Of a stretch of 31,179 nt of DNA, positions 16,432-26,748 are shown in pieces (within the stretch, counting starts at the first letter, position 1; every line of letters begins with the position of its first letter). Source of the stretch: a virus. Its lineage: Duplodnaviria > Heunggongvirae > Uroviricota > Caudoviricetes. The stretch lies in the IMG/VR virus record IMGVR_UViG_2579779052_000007; one strand, written 5' to 3'. The notes beneath the pieces are model-generated. The model ran no database searches. It saw only the letters and a program-made list of their open reading frames with translations, and was not told the DNA's origin. The position numbers were made by a program, and so were the translations under genes.

Positions 16432-18564
16432 ATGAGTACCACAACACGAAAATTTAAAACCGTTATCACCGATACAGGTGCAAAAAAATTAGCTCAGGCA
16501 GCCGCGCCAGATGGTAAGCCTGTCCGCCTGACTCATATGGCCGTGGGCGACGGTGGCGGCGCGTTGCCCACACCAGACAGTAAGCAGACCCGTCTGGTGC
16601 ATGAGGTGTGGCGACACACTGTTAATCGCGTCATCCTGGACGCAACACATCAGAACCGCATTATTGCGGAGCTGGTTATTCCTCCAGAAACGGGCGGATT
16701 CTGGATCCGGGAAATTGGTGTGTTTGATGAGCACGGCGATTTAATCGCGGTGGGCAATACTGCCGAAAGTTACAAGCCAGCCGTTGCCGAAGGGTCCGGA
16801 CGTGCACAAACATTTCGCACCATTCTGACCGTATCCAGCACTGCCACTGTGGCGCTTACCGTGGATAACACCATGGTGATGGCCACAGTGGATTACGTGG
16901 ATAACAAACTGAAAGAGCATGAACAGTCACGATGTCACCCGGATGCCTCGCTGACCGCAAAAGGCTTTGTTCAACTCAGTAGCGCCACTAACAGCGATTC
17001 TGAAACGCTGGCTGCAACGCCGAAAGCGGTTAAGGTCGCGTATGATCTTGCTAACGGAAAATATACAGCGCAGGATGCCACAACAGCGCGAAAAGGCCTT
17101 GTCCAGCTTAGTAGTGCAACCAACAGTACATCTGAAACGCTGGCGGCAACATCAAATGCAGTAAAAGCTGCCTATGACAATGCTGAAAAACGTCTGCAGA
17201 AAGCTAAGAATGGTGAGGATATCTCTGATAAAGACACCTTTACGAAAAATATCGGTGCCTGCCGTGCATATAGTGCAGAGCTGAATATTGGTGGAGATAG
17301 TGAAGCATGGACAACTGCGCAGTTGATTTTTTGGCTAGAGAGTCAGGGGGCATTTAACCATCCTTACTGGATGTGCAAAGGCTCATGGGCTTATGCAAAT
17401 AATAAGGTCATTACAGATACAGGTTGCGGAAGTATTTGTCTTGCAGGTGCTGTTGTGGAAGTTATTGGCACCCGCGGCGCAATGACCATACGCATTACCA
17501 CACCGAGTACATCCAGCGGTGAAGGCATCCCTAATGCTCAATTTACTTATATTAATCATGGTGATGCTTATGCTCCTGGCTGGCGAAGGGACTATAACTC
17601 CAGGAATAAGCCAACAGCATCAGAGATCGGGGCGTTACCGTCAGATGGGACAGCAGTATCGTCAGTTAATCTGGCTTCAAAAGGTCGGCTGACCGCCCTG
17701 ACAGATAATATGCAGGGGGCCACAGGTCTGGAGTTATACGAGGCGTATAACAACGGATATCCAACAACGTATGGAAATATCATTCACCTGAAAGGGATGA
17801 CAGCCGTTGGCGAAGGCGAATTACTCATCGGCTGGAGTGGTATAAGCGGTGCTCATGCTCCGGCATTTATTCGTTCACGACGGGATACGACCGACGCAAA
17901 CTGGTCGCCGTGGGCGCAGCTTTACACCTCGGCTCATCCTCCTGAAGAGTTTTATCCAGTCGGTGCACCGATTCCGTGGCCATCAGATACCGTTCCGTCT
18001 GGTTATGCCCTGATGCAGGGGCAGACTTTTGACAAATCTGCATACCCGAAACTTGCAGTCGCTTATCCGTCAGGCGTTATTCCTGATATGCGTGGCTGGA
18101 CGATTAAGGGCAAGCCCGGCAGTGGTCGTGCCGTATTGTCTCAGGAACAGGACGGCATTAAATCGCACACCCACAGCGCCAGCGCATCCAGTACGGATTT
18201 GGGGACGAAAACCACATCGTCGTTTGATTACGGTACTAAAACGACCAGTTCATTTGATTACGGCACAAAAACTACGAATAGCGCTGGAAATCATTCACAC
18301 AATATACCTGTTGGTCACACTGGCGCGGGGAATGGTGTATCAGCCGGTTATAACGCTGCGTTAGGTACTGGTACCACGTCGAGCGCAGGCGAGCATGCTC
18401 ACAATGTATATATCGGTGCCCATAACCACACTATCGGCATTGGTGCTCATGCCCATTCTGTCATTATTGGTCCCCACGGACACACCATCACCGTTAACGC
18501 TACGGGTAACGAAGAAAACACCGTAAAAAACATCGCATTTAACTATATTGTGAGGCTTGCATAA
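16432..18564 (+). CDS. H: Tail fibre protein, P2 gpH-like
   Basis: 710 aa; conserved gpH-type N-terminus; repeat-rich, histidine-rich C-terminal receptor-binding region. Confidence 0.8.
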   Translation: MSTTTRKFKTVITDTGAKKLAQAAAPDGKPVRLTHMAVGDGGGALPTPDSKQTRLVHEVWRHTVNRVILDATHQNRIIAELVIPPETGGFWIREIGVFDEHGDLIAVGNTAESYKPAVAEGSGRAQTFRTILTVSSTATVALTVDNTMVMATVDYVDNKLKEHEQSRCHPDASLTAKGFVQLSSATNSDSETLAATPKAVKVAYDLANGKYTAQDATTARKGLVQLSSATNSTSETLAATSNAVKAAYDNAEKRLQKAKNGEDISDKDTFTKNIGACRAYSAELNIGGDSEAWTTAQLIFWLESQGAFNHPYWMCKGSWAYANNKVITDTGCGSICLAGAVVEVIGTRGAMTIRITTPSTSSGEGIPNAQFTYINHGDAYAPGWRRDYNSRNKPTASEIGALPSDGTAVSSVNLASKGRLTALTDNMQGATGLELYEAYNNGYPTTYGNIIHLKGMTAVGEGELLIGWSGISGAHAPAFIRSRRDTTDANWSPWAQLYTSAHPPEEFYPVGAPIPWPSDTVPSGYALMQGQTFDKSAYPKLAVAYPSGVIPDMRGWTIKGKPGSGRAVLSQEQDGIKSHTHSASASSTDLGTKTTSSFDYGTKTTSSFDYGTKTTNSAGNHSHNIPVGHTGAGNGVSAGYNAALGTGTTSSAGEHAHNVYIGAHNHTIGIGAHAHSVIIGPHGHTITVNATGNEENTVKNIAFNYIVRLA
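18201..18282 (+). repeat. Tandem 30-nt coding repeats within the tail fibre gene ([10 protein letters not shown], about 2.7 copies)
   Basis: GGGGACGAAAACCACATCGTCGTTTGATTAC / GGTACTAAAACGACCAGTTCATTTGATTAC / GGCACAAAAACTACGAATAGC. Confidence 0.55.
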
Positions 18565-19142
18565 TGACATTCAGAATGAGTGAACACTCACGGACCATAA
18601 AAATTTATAATCTACTGACCGGAACCAATGAGTTTATTGGTGAAGGTGATGCATACATTCCACCTCATACAGGTCTGCCTGCAAACAGTACCGATATTGC
18701 CCCGCCAGATATTCCGGCTGGCTTCGTGGCCGTTTTCAACAGTGATGAGGCATCGTGGCATCTCGTTGAAGACCATCGGGGTAAAACGGTTTATGACGTG
18801 GCATCAGGGGACTCGTTATTTATTTCTGAACTCGGTCCATTACCGGAAAATGTTACCTGGTTGTCGCCGTATGGAGAGTATCAGAAGTGGAACGGCACAT
18901 CCTGGGTGAAAGATGCAGAAGCAGAAAAACTGTTTCGGATAAGGGAGGCGGAAGAAACAAAAAACAGCCTGATGCAGGTAGCCAGCGAGCATATTGCGCC
19001 ACTTCAGGATGCCGTAGATTTGGATATTGCAACGGAGGAAGAGGCATCGTTACTGGCTGCATGGAAGACATACCGGGTATTGTTGAATCGTGTTAATACA
19101 GCGGTAGCAGCGGATGTTGAGTGGCCAGTCGCCCCACAATAA
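18564..19142 (+). CDS. G: Tail fibre assembly protein, P2 gpG-like
   Basis: 192 aa; start overlaps the H stop (ATAATG); position immediately after the fibre gene. Confidence 0.8.
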   Translation: MTFRMSEHSRTIKIYNLLTGTNEFIGEGDAYIPPHTGLPANSTDIAPPDIPAGFVAVFNSDEASWHLVEDHRGKTVYDVASGDSLFISELGPLPENVTWLSPYGEYQKWNGTSWVKDAEAEKLFRIREAEETKNSLMQVASEHIAPLQDAVDLDIATEEEASLLAAWKTYRVLLNRVNTAVAADVEWPVAPQ

Positions 19143-19185
19143 AGAGAAAAAGCCATCGATTGAAATATAGATGGCTTTATGTACT

Positions 19186-19758
19186 CTATTTATACAATAC
19201 AACACCGCTCTTTTTAGTTATATATGTGCAGTTCGATGGTATATCTTTATTTATAAAAGACATTGCACCTATTTTTACATTATCCCCAATTTTACGTGAT
19301 AATCCAATGATGCAACAATTAGCTCCGATATCAACGTTACTACCAATTTTTACTCTTGAACCAGGCATGTCACCATCTATCTGTCCAATGGTAGTATTCT
19401 GTCGTAACACCAGATTTTCACCAGCATCAACAGCAAAATGAACAACAATTCCAGCATGATGGGGAATTGTTAACCCTTTTCCAATATTTGCGCCCAATCC
19501 AATTTCACAACCAAATTTGTTAATTATTTTACTGTTTAACTTTTTGGCTGCTTTCTTATGTAATTTATTACCATTAATATACATTTCGTTAGCCAACCGC
19601 CACCAGAAAAGGAAATTCCGGTTACGCTGTTTTTTCTCTCTTAAAAGCCTCCAGATATCCATACGTTTCCGCCGAATTACTTCATATTTCCAGAAGTTTT
19701 TTAAATTAGTAGAGTCCCCAAATAAAACAAAGTGAATTGCCATTAAGTAAGACAGCAC
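19186..19758 (-). CDS. Hexapeptide-repeat (left-handed beta-helix) acetyltransferase moron
   Basis: AT-rich gene on the opposite strand; repeated G.N..IG hexapeptide pattern; GTG start at 19758 with AAGGAG RBS preferred over the upstream track ATG. Confidence 0.7.
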   Translation of the reverse strand: MLSYLMAIHFVLFGDSTNLKNFWKYEVIRRKRMDIWRLLREKKQRNRNFLFWWRLANEMYINGNKLHKKAAKKLNSKIINKFGCEIGLGANIGKGLTIPHHAGIVVHFAVDAGENLVLRQNTTIGQIDGDMPGSRVKIGSNVDIGANCCIIGLSRKIGDNVKIGAMSFINKDIPSNCTYITKKSGVVLYK

Positions 19759-19914
19759 GATAATCTCCTTAATTATTATTTCAGACCACACATATTATAA
19801 GGTTAAGAGATTATAAAATCCTGTTGTTTGTTATTCAAAAACAATTTTCTGAGAAGGACATACAACAGCAAGTCGCCAGTCACCTTCATCAGGAAATTGG
19901 CGACATACGTTAAA

Positions 19915-20409
19915 TCAGAGCAGCCCCTTAACTGAGCTGGTCGCGCTATTAAGGGATGATGTCACCTTATCTTTGAAGCCGGACAACATATCGCTGAACG
20001 ATGAGGATTGCAGGCGCTCCCGCAAATCCTCATCACAGCGTTCAAGAGTCAGTGAAAATTCTATCTTTTTCGCCTTACCGTAGCGATCAAACTCGGAGCG
20101 GGTCGTATTCGTTTCGGTCAGGACATACATGCCGTAAATCTGCCCGACGCCATCAATCAGAGGCCAGGGCCGTCCTGTATACGCCTGCGTGGTCAGCAGA
20201 GACAGCGACACTTCGCCACCTGTAATTTCAGGATAAAGCACACCAGAAAGAACGATGCGATCATCACCTGCACCGATATACTGCCAGCTTGCTGAACGGT
20301 TAACGCGTTCATTTTTCACATGCCGCCAGCTTTTGTTTTGCTGTAACTGCTGATGCGGCAGCGTGCGCAGCTCAAAAACAAACATGCCATAGATCATCAT
20401 CATGGCCAT
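19915..20409 (-). CDS. U: Tail protein, P2 gpU-like
   Basis: 164 aa; immediately downstream of the tape-measure gene on the minus strand. Confidence 0.75.
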   Translation of the reverse strand: MAMMMIYGMFVFELRTLPHQQLQQNKSWRHVKNERVNRSASWQYIGAGDDRIVLSGVLYPEITGGEVSLSLLTTQAYTGRPWPLIDGVGQIYGMYVLTETNTTRSEFDRYGKAKKIEFSLTLERCDEDLRERLQSSSFSDMLSGFKDKVTSSLNSATSSVKGLL

Positions 20410-20415
20410 GACTCC

Positions 20416-23259
20416 TCAATCTTTATCGTAAAAACTGCCACGCCCGGCACGGGCGCGCCGTTCCATTTCTGCCCTGACCATTTCACCGACCAGTTTCGCC
20501 AGTTCGCGGGGATTCTGCGTAACAACGTTATGCAGATGAACATGAATTTCACCGCCAAATCTGGAGACAGCAGGCTCCCGATTACGGGAAGCTGCAGGAA
20601 CTGATGCCACTGGCGATCGTATGGCCTCCGCCACCGGGCGGGAGCTGGCCGCAACAACAGGGACCAGCGCCGGAGGCAGCGGAGCCGGGACTACGGGTGT
20701 GATATTAATTGCGGGGGCAGGCTTACTGACCTGCGCAATCTTCCGCTCCTGCCACTCCCCACGAACAGCAAGTGCGCGGGGCAGGTTCTTAAAGACAATA
20801 TCGCCAGGGCCAATGCGTTTTTTCGTCTCATCAACCAGCTTACCTGTGTTATCAGCAATTTTGCTGAGTCTGCGTAGCGTCCCGGTATTGCTGTCTGTGA
20901 GCGGTTTGTTGTCTTTGGGTTTATCACCTCCGGTGCCATTGCCATTTTCCACAGGCTTCGGCGGATTGATTTTCGCCAGGTCCCCCTGAAGTAAGGCAAC
21001 CTTATCCTGAAGAATGGCCGCACGCTGTGCGTCTTCGATTTTCTTGCGCGCCCTTTCCGCTTCATCCGGAAGGACGCCAAGTTTTTCAAGTATCCACGCC
21101 AGCGTATCCAGTAGCATTTTTGCAGGTGTCAGAACAAGTTGTAACGCACCGCCAAGAACGTTACCGAATATCTCGCCAGCACTGGTACATTTATCCAGCG
21201 TTTCCTTGCTGGACTCCATCGGTGACAGCAGCGATTTAAACCAGTTAAACACCTGGCTGATCCCGCTTCCGATTGCGTCAAAAACAGGGCCAAACCGTTC
21301 AAAGGTTTCACGCAACGGGTTCAGCCTTTCCATAATCCCGCTGAACACCCCGGCAAAAAATGCCCTGATGGGATCCCAGTATTTCCAGATAAGGACGGCA
21401 GCTCCGGCAAGCGCAGCCACGATAAGACCAACCGGACTGAACAGCGCCCCGATAGCGCCTCCCAGTAAAGAAACGGAACCCGTCACCATTCCCCATAGTG
21501 CTGGCAGGACCCTGACAGCATTCATTGATCCGGTCAGGAGAGAAAAACCAAGACGCAGTTTTGCCAGCGGACCAGCAAGCACACCAATAGCCAGCGACAA
21601 CGAGCCAACCGTTGCAGTCATTGCCAGCAACGCACCGCCTGCTATCAGTAGCTGGCGCGTCAGTGCCGGATGGGCCTGCGCCAGCGCCGTCACCCTTGAT
21701 ACCACCCGCGTGAGCCACTGCGTGACAGAACGCAGCGGACCGTCAATCAGATCTGCAATGCGGATGCGCAACCCTTCCCATGCACTGCCGAGTGATTTCA
21801 GATCGCCGTCAAGGTTGTTGGCCATAACCTTTGCTGTGCGTTCAGCCTCACCGCGCGCGCCTTCAAGTTCTTTTCTCAGTTTGGGTAAGGAACCGTCACC
21901 CACTGCATCAACGAGCGCCATAAACGATGTGAAAGCCTCTTCTCCGGCAATGTCCTTAAAGAACGATACCCGGTCAACTTCCCCGTATTTGCGGGTGGCT
22001 TTATAAAGGTCGGCCAGCACATCCTCCATCGGGCGCATTTTACCCCCGGCATCCGAGACGGACACGCCCAGCTCTTTCAGAGCTTCTGCCGCCGCCTTTG
22101 GCGGTGATGCCAGACGAGCCAGGCTGGCACGCATTGCCGTCCCGGCATCACTCCCTCTGATGCCCATATTCGCCAGCACACCAGCCATCGCTGCGGCCTG
22201 CTCCAGCGATATTCCCAGCTTACCCGCCACCGGACCTGCATATTTCATGGTTTCGCCCAGTGCGCGAAGGTCAGTGTTGGTACGGGTAAACGCTGCGGTG
22301 AGTGTGTCACCGACCCGGTCCATCTGGTCAGCAGAAAGGCCGAACTGCGTCAGGATATTTGAGCCAATATCTGCCGTCTCGCCGAGATCCATACCGCCAG
22401 CCGTTGCCATGCTCAGCACTCCGGGAAGCGCAGCCTGAATGGCCTGCGGTGTGAAGCCTGCCATTGCAAGAAATGCCTGCCCACTGGCGGCATCGCCTGC
22501 GGTGAACTGCGTTTCAGAGCCAAGTTTTAACGCCTGCTCACGCAGCGCCTTAAACTGCGGGCTGTTCTGGTCGATTCGCGTCAGCGCCTGAACGCGGGAC
22601 ATCTCTTTGCCGAACCCGATCGCGGGCTGCAAAAAACGCCCGGCAGCATAGCCGCCCGCCGCTGCCGCACCAATTGCCAGCGCACCACCTGTTTTCAGTT
22701 TTCCCGCGGTTTCCTGCGCGCGCGAATACCACTCACGCGCCCGCGTTACACGCGCAAGCGCCTGCCGTTCGCGTTCAAGCTGGTTGTTGTACTGTTCGGT
22801 GCGTCTGATGGCCTGCTGGATGGTGTTATCGCTGCCTGTCAGGGAAATGCCGTGGCGTTTCAGCTCTCCGCCAAGCTCCCGCATTTTCTGAATTTCCCGT
22901 GTGCGCGATTCATTCAGGCGTTCAAGCCGGGTGCTTAACTGCTGCATCAGCTTTTGTTGTTTTTCGCTGAGCACTGTACCCGTGCGTTGTAACTGATTAA
23001 GGGCGTTAAGCTGGCGTCGTGCTTTCACGATACCCGCATCCGCTTTACTGACAGCGTCGCGGGCGCGCTCAAATGAACGAGCCTGACGCTCGAGATTTTT
23101 AATCGCCCCCTGCGTTCGCTGGATGGAGTCACCAAACTGCCCCATCAGGCGGCGGGCGTTTTCGGCAGGCCGGGTCAGCCTGTCAACGGCGCTGAAAGCG
23201 ACCCGGATATCAAGAGTCTTCATTGTCTGCATTCCCGCTGCGAAGTGCCGCCCGCTCAC
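20416..23259 (-). CDS. T: Tail tape measure protein, P2 gpT-like
   Basis: Long alpha-helical, Gly/Ala-rich protein; true start probably at one of the internal ATGs at 23232 or 23223. Confidence 0.8.
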   Translation of the reverse strand: MSGRHFAAGMQTMKTLDIRVAFSAVDRLTRPAENARRLMGQFGDSIQRTQGAIKNLERQARSFERARDAVSKADAGIVKARRQLNALNQLQRTGTVLSEKQQKLMQQLSTRLERLNESRTREIQKMRELGGELKRHGISLTGSDNTIQQAIRRTEQYNNQLERERQALARVTRAREWYSRAQETAGKLKTGGALAIGAAAAGGYAAGRFLQPAIGFGKEMSRVQALTRIDQNSPQFKALREQALKLGSETQFTAGDAASGQAFLAMAGFTPQAIQAALPGVLSMATAGGMDLGETADIGSNILTQFGLSADQMDRVGDTLTAAFTRTNTDLRALGETMKYAGPVAGKLGISLEQAAAMAGVLANMGIRGSDAGTAMRASLARLASPPKAAAEALKELGVSVSDAGGKMRPMEDVLADLYKATRKYGEVDRVSFFKDIAGEEAFTSFMALVDAVGDGSLPKLRKELEGARGEAERTAKVMANNLDGDLKSLGSAWEGLRIRIADLIDGPLRSVTQWLTRVVSRVTALAQAHPALTRQLLIAGGALLAMTATVGSLSLAIGVLAGPLAKLRLGFSLLTGSMNAVRVLPALWGMVTGSVSLLGGAIGALFSPVGLIVAALAGAAVLIWKYWDPIRAFFAGVFSGIMERLNPLRETFERFGPVFDAIGSGISQVFNWFKSLLSPMESSKETLDKCTSAGEIFGNVLGGALQLVLTPAKMLLDTLAWILEKLGVLPDEAERARKKIEDAQRAAILQDKVALLQGDLAKINPPKPVENGNGTGGDKPKDNKPLTDSNTGTLRRLSKIADNTGKLVDETKKRIGPGDIVFKNLPRALAVRGEWQERKIAQVSKPAPAINITPVVPAPLPPALVPVVAASSRPVAEAIRSPVASVPAASRNREPAVSRFGGEIHVHLHNVVTQNPRELAKLVGEMVRAEMERRARAGRGSFYDKD

Positions 23260-23424
23260 GCCAGCTAACCACTTCGCCGGGCGTCATCATGAAGATTTCG
23301 GCGGGCGACCAGTTAAAAATAACGGCAATATCTGCCACAAAGTCTTCTATGTGCTCAAAGCACACAACCGTGATCAGGCTTCCGTCGCCTGTTCGTTCTT
23401 CCCGCCAGAGTCCGCACCGCTCAA
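23210..23424 (-). CDS. E': E' extension reached by programmed -1 frameshift (gives the E+E' fusion)
   Basis: The -1 frame opens directly after the minus-strand heptamer and continues ERCGLWREERTGDG...WSPAEIFMMTPGEVVSWRERAAL to a stop at 23210-23212. Confidence 0.6.
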
Positions 23425-23739
23425 AAAATTTACGGCAACCACACATAACTGAATAAAGTCACGGGATGCCATTTTTTTGATCGTCACTTCATCCAGTCGC
23501 GGTGATGTCACGCGTGACAGCAACGTAAACATGGATTCCGCTTTCAGATTCAGCACATCAGACAGCGACAAATCTCGCAGAGATCCAGCCTGCTCAATAG
23601 CCCCGGTGATCTCCACATACGTGATTTTTTCGCCGCCTCGCTCAATTGGTTGGGTAAGTTTTACACCACGCTCACTGGTTTCTTTCACAGTGTCAGCAAC
23701 TACCGTGTTTTCGGTATCGATGTTTTTCGTCTCTTTCAT
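23374..23739 (-). CDS. E: Tail assembly chaperone, P2 gpE-like
   Basis: 121-aa ORF between the tube and tape-measure genes; contains the T TTT TTG slippery heptamer near its 3' end. Confidence 0.7.
   Translation of the reverse strand: MKETKNIDTENTVVADTVKETSERGVKLTQPIERGGEKITYVEITGAIEQAGSLRDLSLSDVLNLKAESMFTLLSRVTSPRLDEVTIKKMASRDFIQLCVVAVNFLSGADSGGKNEQATEA
23422..23428 (-). other. Slippery heptamer T TTT TTG for the E/E' -1 frameshift
   Basis: Plus-strand CAAAAAA at 23422-23428; in the E frame the minus strand reads AAT TTT TTG. Confidence 0.6.
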
Positions 23740-23793
23740 CAGGAAACTCCTTTCAGTCAGAGGCGACGCACTGCGCCGCCTGCATATTACTTA

Positions 23794-24306
23794 TCAGCCA
23801 AGCCCGAGCGCGGAACGGATGCGATCGGGCACAATGTCCTTGCCGTCCTTCCGGTAAATGAAGTTCAGCAGGTCAATCTCCCACAACGGGCGATCGTTAA
23901 CACTCAGCTTGTAGTAGGTGTTTTTAATGGCGTAAGTGTGTGATGTGGCTTCGCCCTGTTTGGCTTCCCCCATATCAATTTCCGTCACACGTCCGCGCAT
24001 TTCGACTTCATACAGGTCGCTTTCTGCATCGGTGTAATATTCACCCGCAAAACGCAGCAGCGTGCCGTCAATCGTGCCGCCATACTTAAGGAACAGCTCA
24101 CGAACTGCGCCCCCCATGACAAAGCTCGCATCAAGCGCGGAGTCGTCCAGACCGAGATCAATACTTACCGCACCCATCATGCCACCACCCCGGTAGCTGT
24201 CGGTTTTGCGCGTCAGCTTAGGCAGAGTGACGGACGTCACCTTACCCACTTCGTTTTCACCATCCACAAACAGCGTAAAAAAGCGAAGATGTTTTGGTAC
24301 AGCCAT
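23794..24306 (-). CDS. FII: Tail tube protein, P2 gpFII-like
   Basis: 170 aa; directly follows the sheath gene with overlapping start and stop. Confidence 0.85.
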   Translation of the reverse strand: MAVPKHLRFFTLFVDGENEVGKVTSVTLPKLTRKTDSYRGGGMMGAVSIDLGLDDSALDASFVMGGAVRELFLKYGGTIDGTLLRFAGEYYTDAESDLYEVEMRGRVTEIDMGEAKQGEATSHTYAIKNTYYKLSVNDRPLWEIDLLNFIYRKDGKDIVPDRIRSALGLG

Positions 24307-25490
24307 CAGGCACCTCCCAGCACCGCAAATGCGGGTTCAAAGTATTCATCAGTAAACGTCTGGTAAAGCTCCATGTCTTCCAGTGGCGGAACGGGCGTAT
24401 ATTTGTAGCGAATACGCACACGCCCCTGACGTAAATCCGTGGTGCTGTTATCCACCACGTCATACCAGCACTCCGCGCCAATCAGTTTCCCGGCAGTAAC
24501 CAGCGAATCCAGTTTTGCCCTGATGGCACTGATAACATCCTTCACGTTCGCAGGCGTCAGTGGACTGTCGATGGTTTCAAACTGCGCTTCCGCAATTGAA
24601 TCAGCCAGCACCTGTGCGGTTCGGGTATACACCTCAAAGATGTAGGCGTTCGTTTCCGGTGTGCGGTTGCCCCAGAAGCGGAACCCGTTGCGACGAATAA
24701 TGGTCGTGATTTCTTTGTTGTTGAGGCTGTTGGCATCACTGTCTTCGGCCTGCAACGACCAGAAAACATGCCTGGACATCCCCAGCACATTTTTAACAGG
24801 AACGTTGGACAGCGATTTGTGCCAGCCCTGCTCATGGTCAATGTACGCACGAAGGCCGCACGCATAGGCAGGCGCGGGGAACGTTTCGTTTTTGCCACTT
24901 TTCGGGTTGTAGGCGATGAAGTCCGGCCATAAGAGCATCACCTCACGTTCGTTGAATTTCTGGCGGTAGGTAATTGCCTCAGCCATCGTGTTACAGTCAT
25001 GACATGAGGCATACACAAACGCGCGCAGTTTACCCGCAATCACGCACAGGGATTTTGTCACCGCCTCCGTGTCCAGCTCCGGCGCGGCCAGAATACGCGG
25101 ACGGTATCCGATGCTTTCATCCTGCTCTGCAACAAGCAGCGCATACATCCCCGTATAGCTGCCGTCAGATTCAGAACCACCGATAACCAGTTGATCCTGC
25201 GTCTTACCGCCTTCTTCTTTGTGTTCAGCCACGCGAACGACGATCACTTTTGTGCTCACCTGGTCTGCAATAGCCTTAAGCGCACGATAAAGCGTCCCCG
25301 TAGTCCCGCATTTTCCCAGCACGTCATTGACGCGGGTCAGCAGTGTGGGCTTGTTCAGCGGGAACAGCTCCGCGTCCGCATCATCCGCCGTTGCCACGAT
25401 ACCGATAACACTGGAATCAACATCATTAATCGCTGTTACCAGGTCGGTACTTTCCGTAACACGGGCACCATGAAAACGAGTTTCACTCAT
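24306..25490 (-). CDS. FI: Contractile tail sheath protein, P2 gpFI-like
   Basis: 394 aa (P2 FI is about 396); conserved sheath-like C-terminus. Confidence 0.85.
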   Translation of the reverse strand: MSETRFHGARVTESTDLVTAINDVDSSVIGIVATADDADAELFPLNKPTLLTRVNDVLGKCGTTGTLYRALKAIADQVSTKVIVVRVAEHKEEGGKTQDQLVIGGSESDGSYTGMYALLVAEQDESIGYRPRILAAPELDTEAVTKSLCVIAGKLRAFVYASCHDCNTMAEAITYRQKFNEREVMLLWPDFIAYNPKSGKNETFPAPAYACGLRAYIDHEQGWHKSLSNVPVKNVLGMSRHVFWSLQAEDSDANSLNNKEITTIIRRNGFRFWGNRTPETNAYIFEVYTRTAQVLADSIAEAQFETIDSPLTPANVKDVISAIRAKLDSLVTAGKLIGAECWYDVVDNSTTDLRQGRVRIRYKYTPVPPLEDMELYQTFTDEYFEPAFAVLGGA

Positions 25491-25647
25491 AGCTTCAGCC
25501 CCTTGTATCCGTTAAATGATTCGGCAACAATCATCACCCACCACGCGCGTAATCTCACCCCTGCGCCGTTCTCCCGCCACGGCGACAACAAAAAGCAGTA
25601 ACCCCCTATGCACGCACATGCGACCATGCCGCACAGGGAGGGAACAG

Positions 25648-26748
25648 ATGACCGATACCACCATGCAATTGCTCAGTCAGAGCACAGACCCCGTGAAAAT
25701 GCCGGATTTTGATATTCTCGCGGAGGGGGAAACACTGTCCGGCGTGGCAGAGCGCCTGATGAGCCTGTCACTGACCGACAACCGGGGATTTGAAGCGGAC
25801 CTGCTCACCATCACGCTGGATGATGCGGATGGTCAGTTGCAGCTACCGCCACGGGGCGCGCGCCTGACGGTTCTCATTGGCTGGAAAGGAGAACCGCTGA
25901 CAGAAAAAGGCACTTACATTGTTGATGAAATCGCTCACGAAGGACCGCCGGACAGGCTGACTGTTTCAGCCAGAAGCGCAGATTTTCGGGATGAATTTAA
26001 CGTTAAACGTGAGGTGTCCTGGCATGATGTGACCGTTGAGCGCGTGGTATCCGCCATCGCTCATCGGTACGGTCTGAAACCACAAATCAGCGAAATGCTG
26101 ATGGATATTGAAATCGACCACGCCGACCAGACCGAAGAAAGCGACATGTCCTTCCTTACGCGCATGGCGGAAATGCTGGGCGCAATCACTACGGTAAAAA
26201 GCAGTAATCTGTTATTCATCATGCCAGGCGGTGGCGTGAACGCACAGGGCCAGCCGTTGCCATCGTTCGCCATCACGCGCAGCAGTGGCGATCGCCATCA
26301 GTTCCGCATTGCTGACCGCGAAGCGTATACGGGGGTACGTGCTTACTGGCTTGATCTTAATTACGGGAAAAAGAAAAAAGTCAGCGTGAAACGCCGCAAA
26401 CCGAAAAAGGAGAAAAGCAGCAGCCGTGAAGGTGACTATATGGAAGGTGCGGAAGGCAACGTGTTTGTGTTACGCAAGACTTATCAGAACGAGCAGGCAG
26501 CAAGACGTGCAGCGGCGGCAAAGTGGCAGCAGCTACAACGCGGAGCCGCATCATTCTCCATCACGCTGGCGCGTGGACGCGCAGAACTCTATCCCGAAAT
26601 GCATGGCACGGTGACAGGCTTCAAAAGTGACATCGATAATCAGGACTGGATTATTGCAAAAGCCGAGCACACCATTGATAACAGCGGCTTTACCACACAG
26701 CTTGAGCTTGAAGCAAAAATCCCGGAATGGATAGCAGAAACAGAATGA
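25648..26748 (+). CDS. D: Tail protein, P2 gpD-like
   Basis: GGGAGGG RBS before the ATG at 25648 (the track ORF extends to 25516); about 366 aa; lies upstream of ogr. Confidence 0.75.
   Translation: MTDTTMQLLSQSTDPVKMPDFDILAEGETLSGVAERLMSLSLTDNRGFEADLLTITLDDADGQLQLPPRGARLTVLIGWKGEPLTEKGTYIVDEIAHEGPPDRLTVSARSADFRDEFNVKREVSWHDVTVERVVSAIAHRYGLKPQISEMLMDIEIDHADQTEESDMSFLTRMAEMLGAITTVKSSNLLFIMPGGGVNAQGQPLPSFAITRSSGDRHQFRIADREAYTGVRAYWLDLNYGKKKKVSVKRRKPKKEKSSSREGDYMEGAEGNVFVLRKTYQNEQAARRAAAAKWQQLQRGAASFSITLARGRAELYPEMHGTVTGFKSDIDNQDWIIAKAEHTIDNSGFTTQLELEAKIPEWIAETE

Noticed and set aside
20621-22438. Plus-strand ORFs of 92-330 aa across the tape-measure region
   Set aside because: Antisense to the 947-aa tape-measure gene; Ala/Ser/Pro-rich low-complexity translations typical of the reverse frame of a GC-rich gene.
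19792-25647. Inverted repeats at the boundaries of the inverted FI-U block that could mediate site-specific inversion
   Set aside because: The only shared motifs found (CAGCCCCTT and CGTTAAAT) are short and in direct, not inverted, orientation, and no recombinase gene is nearby; likely coincidental.
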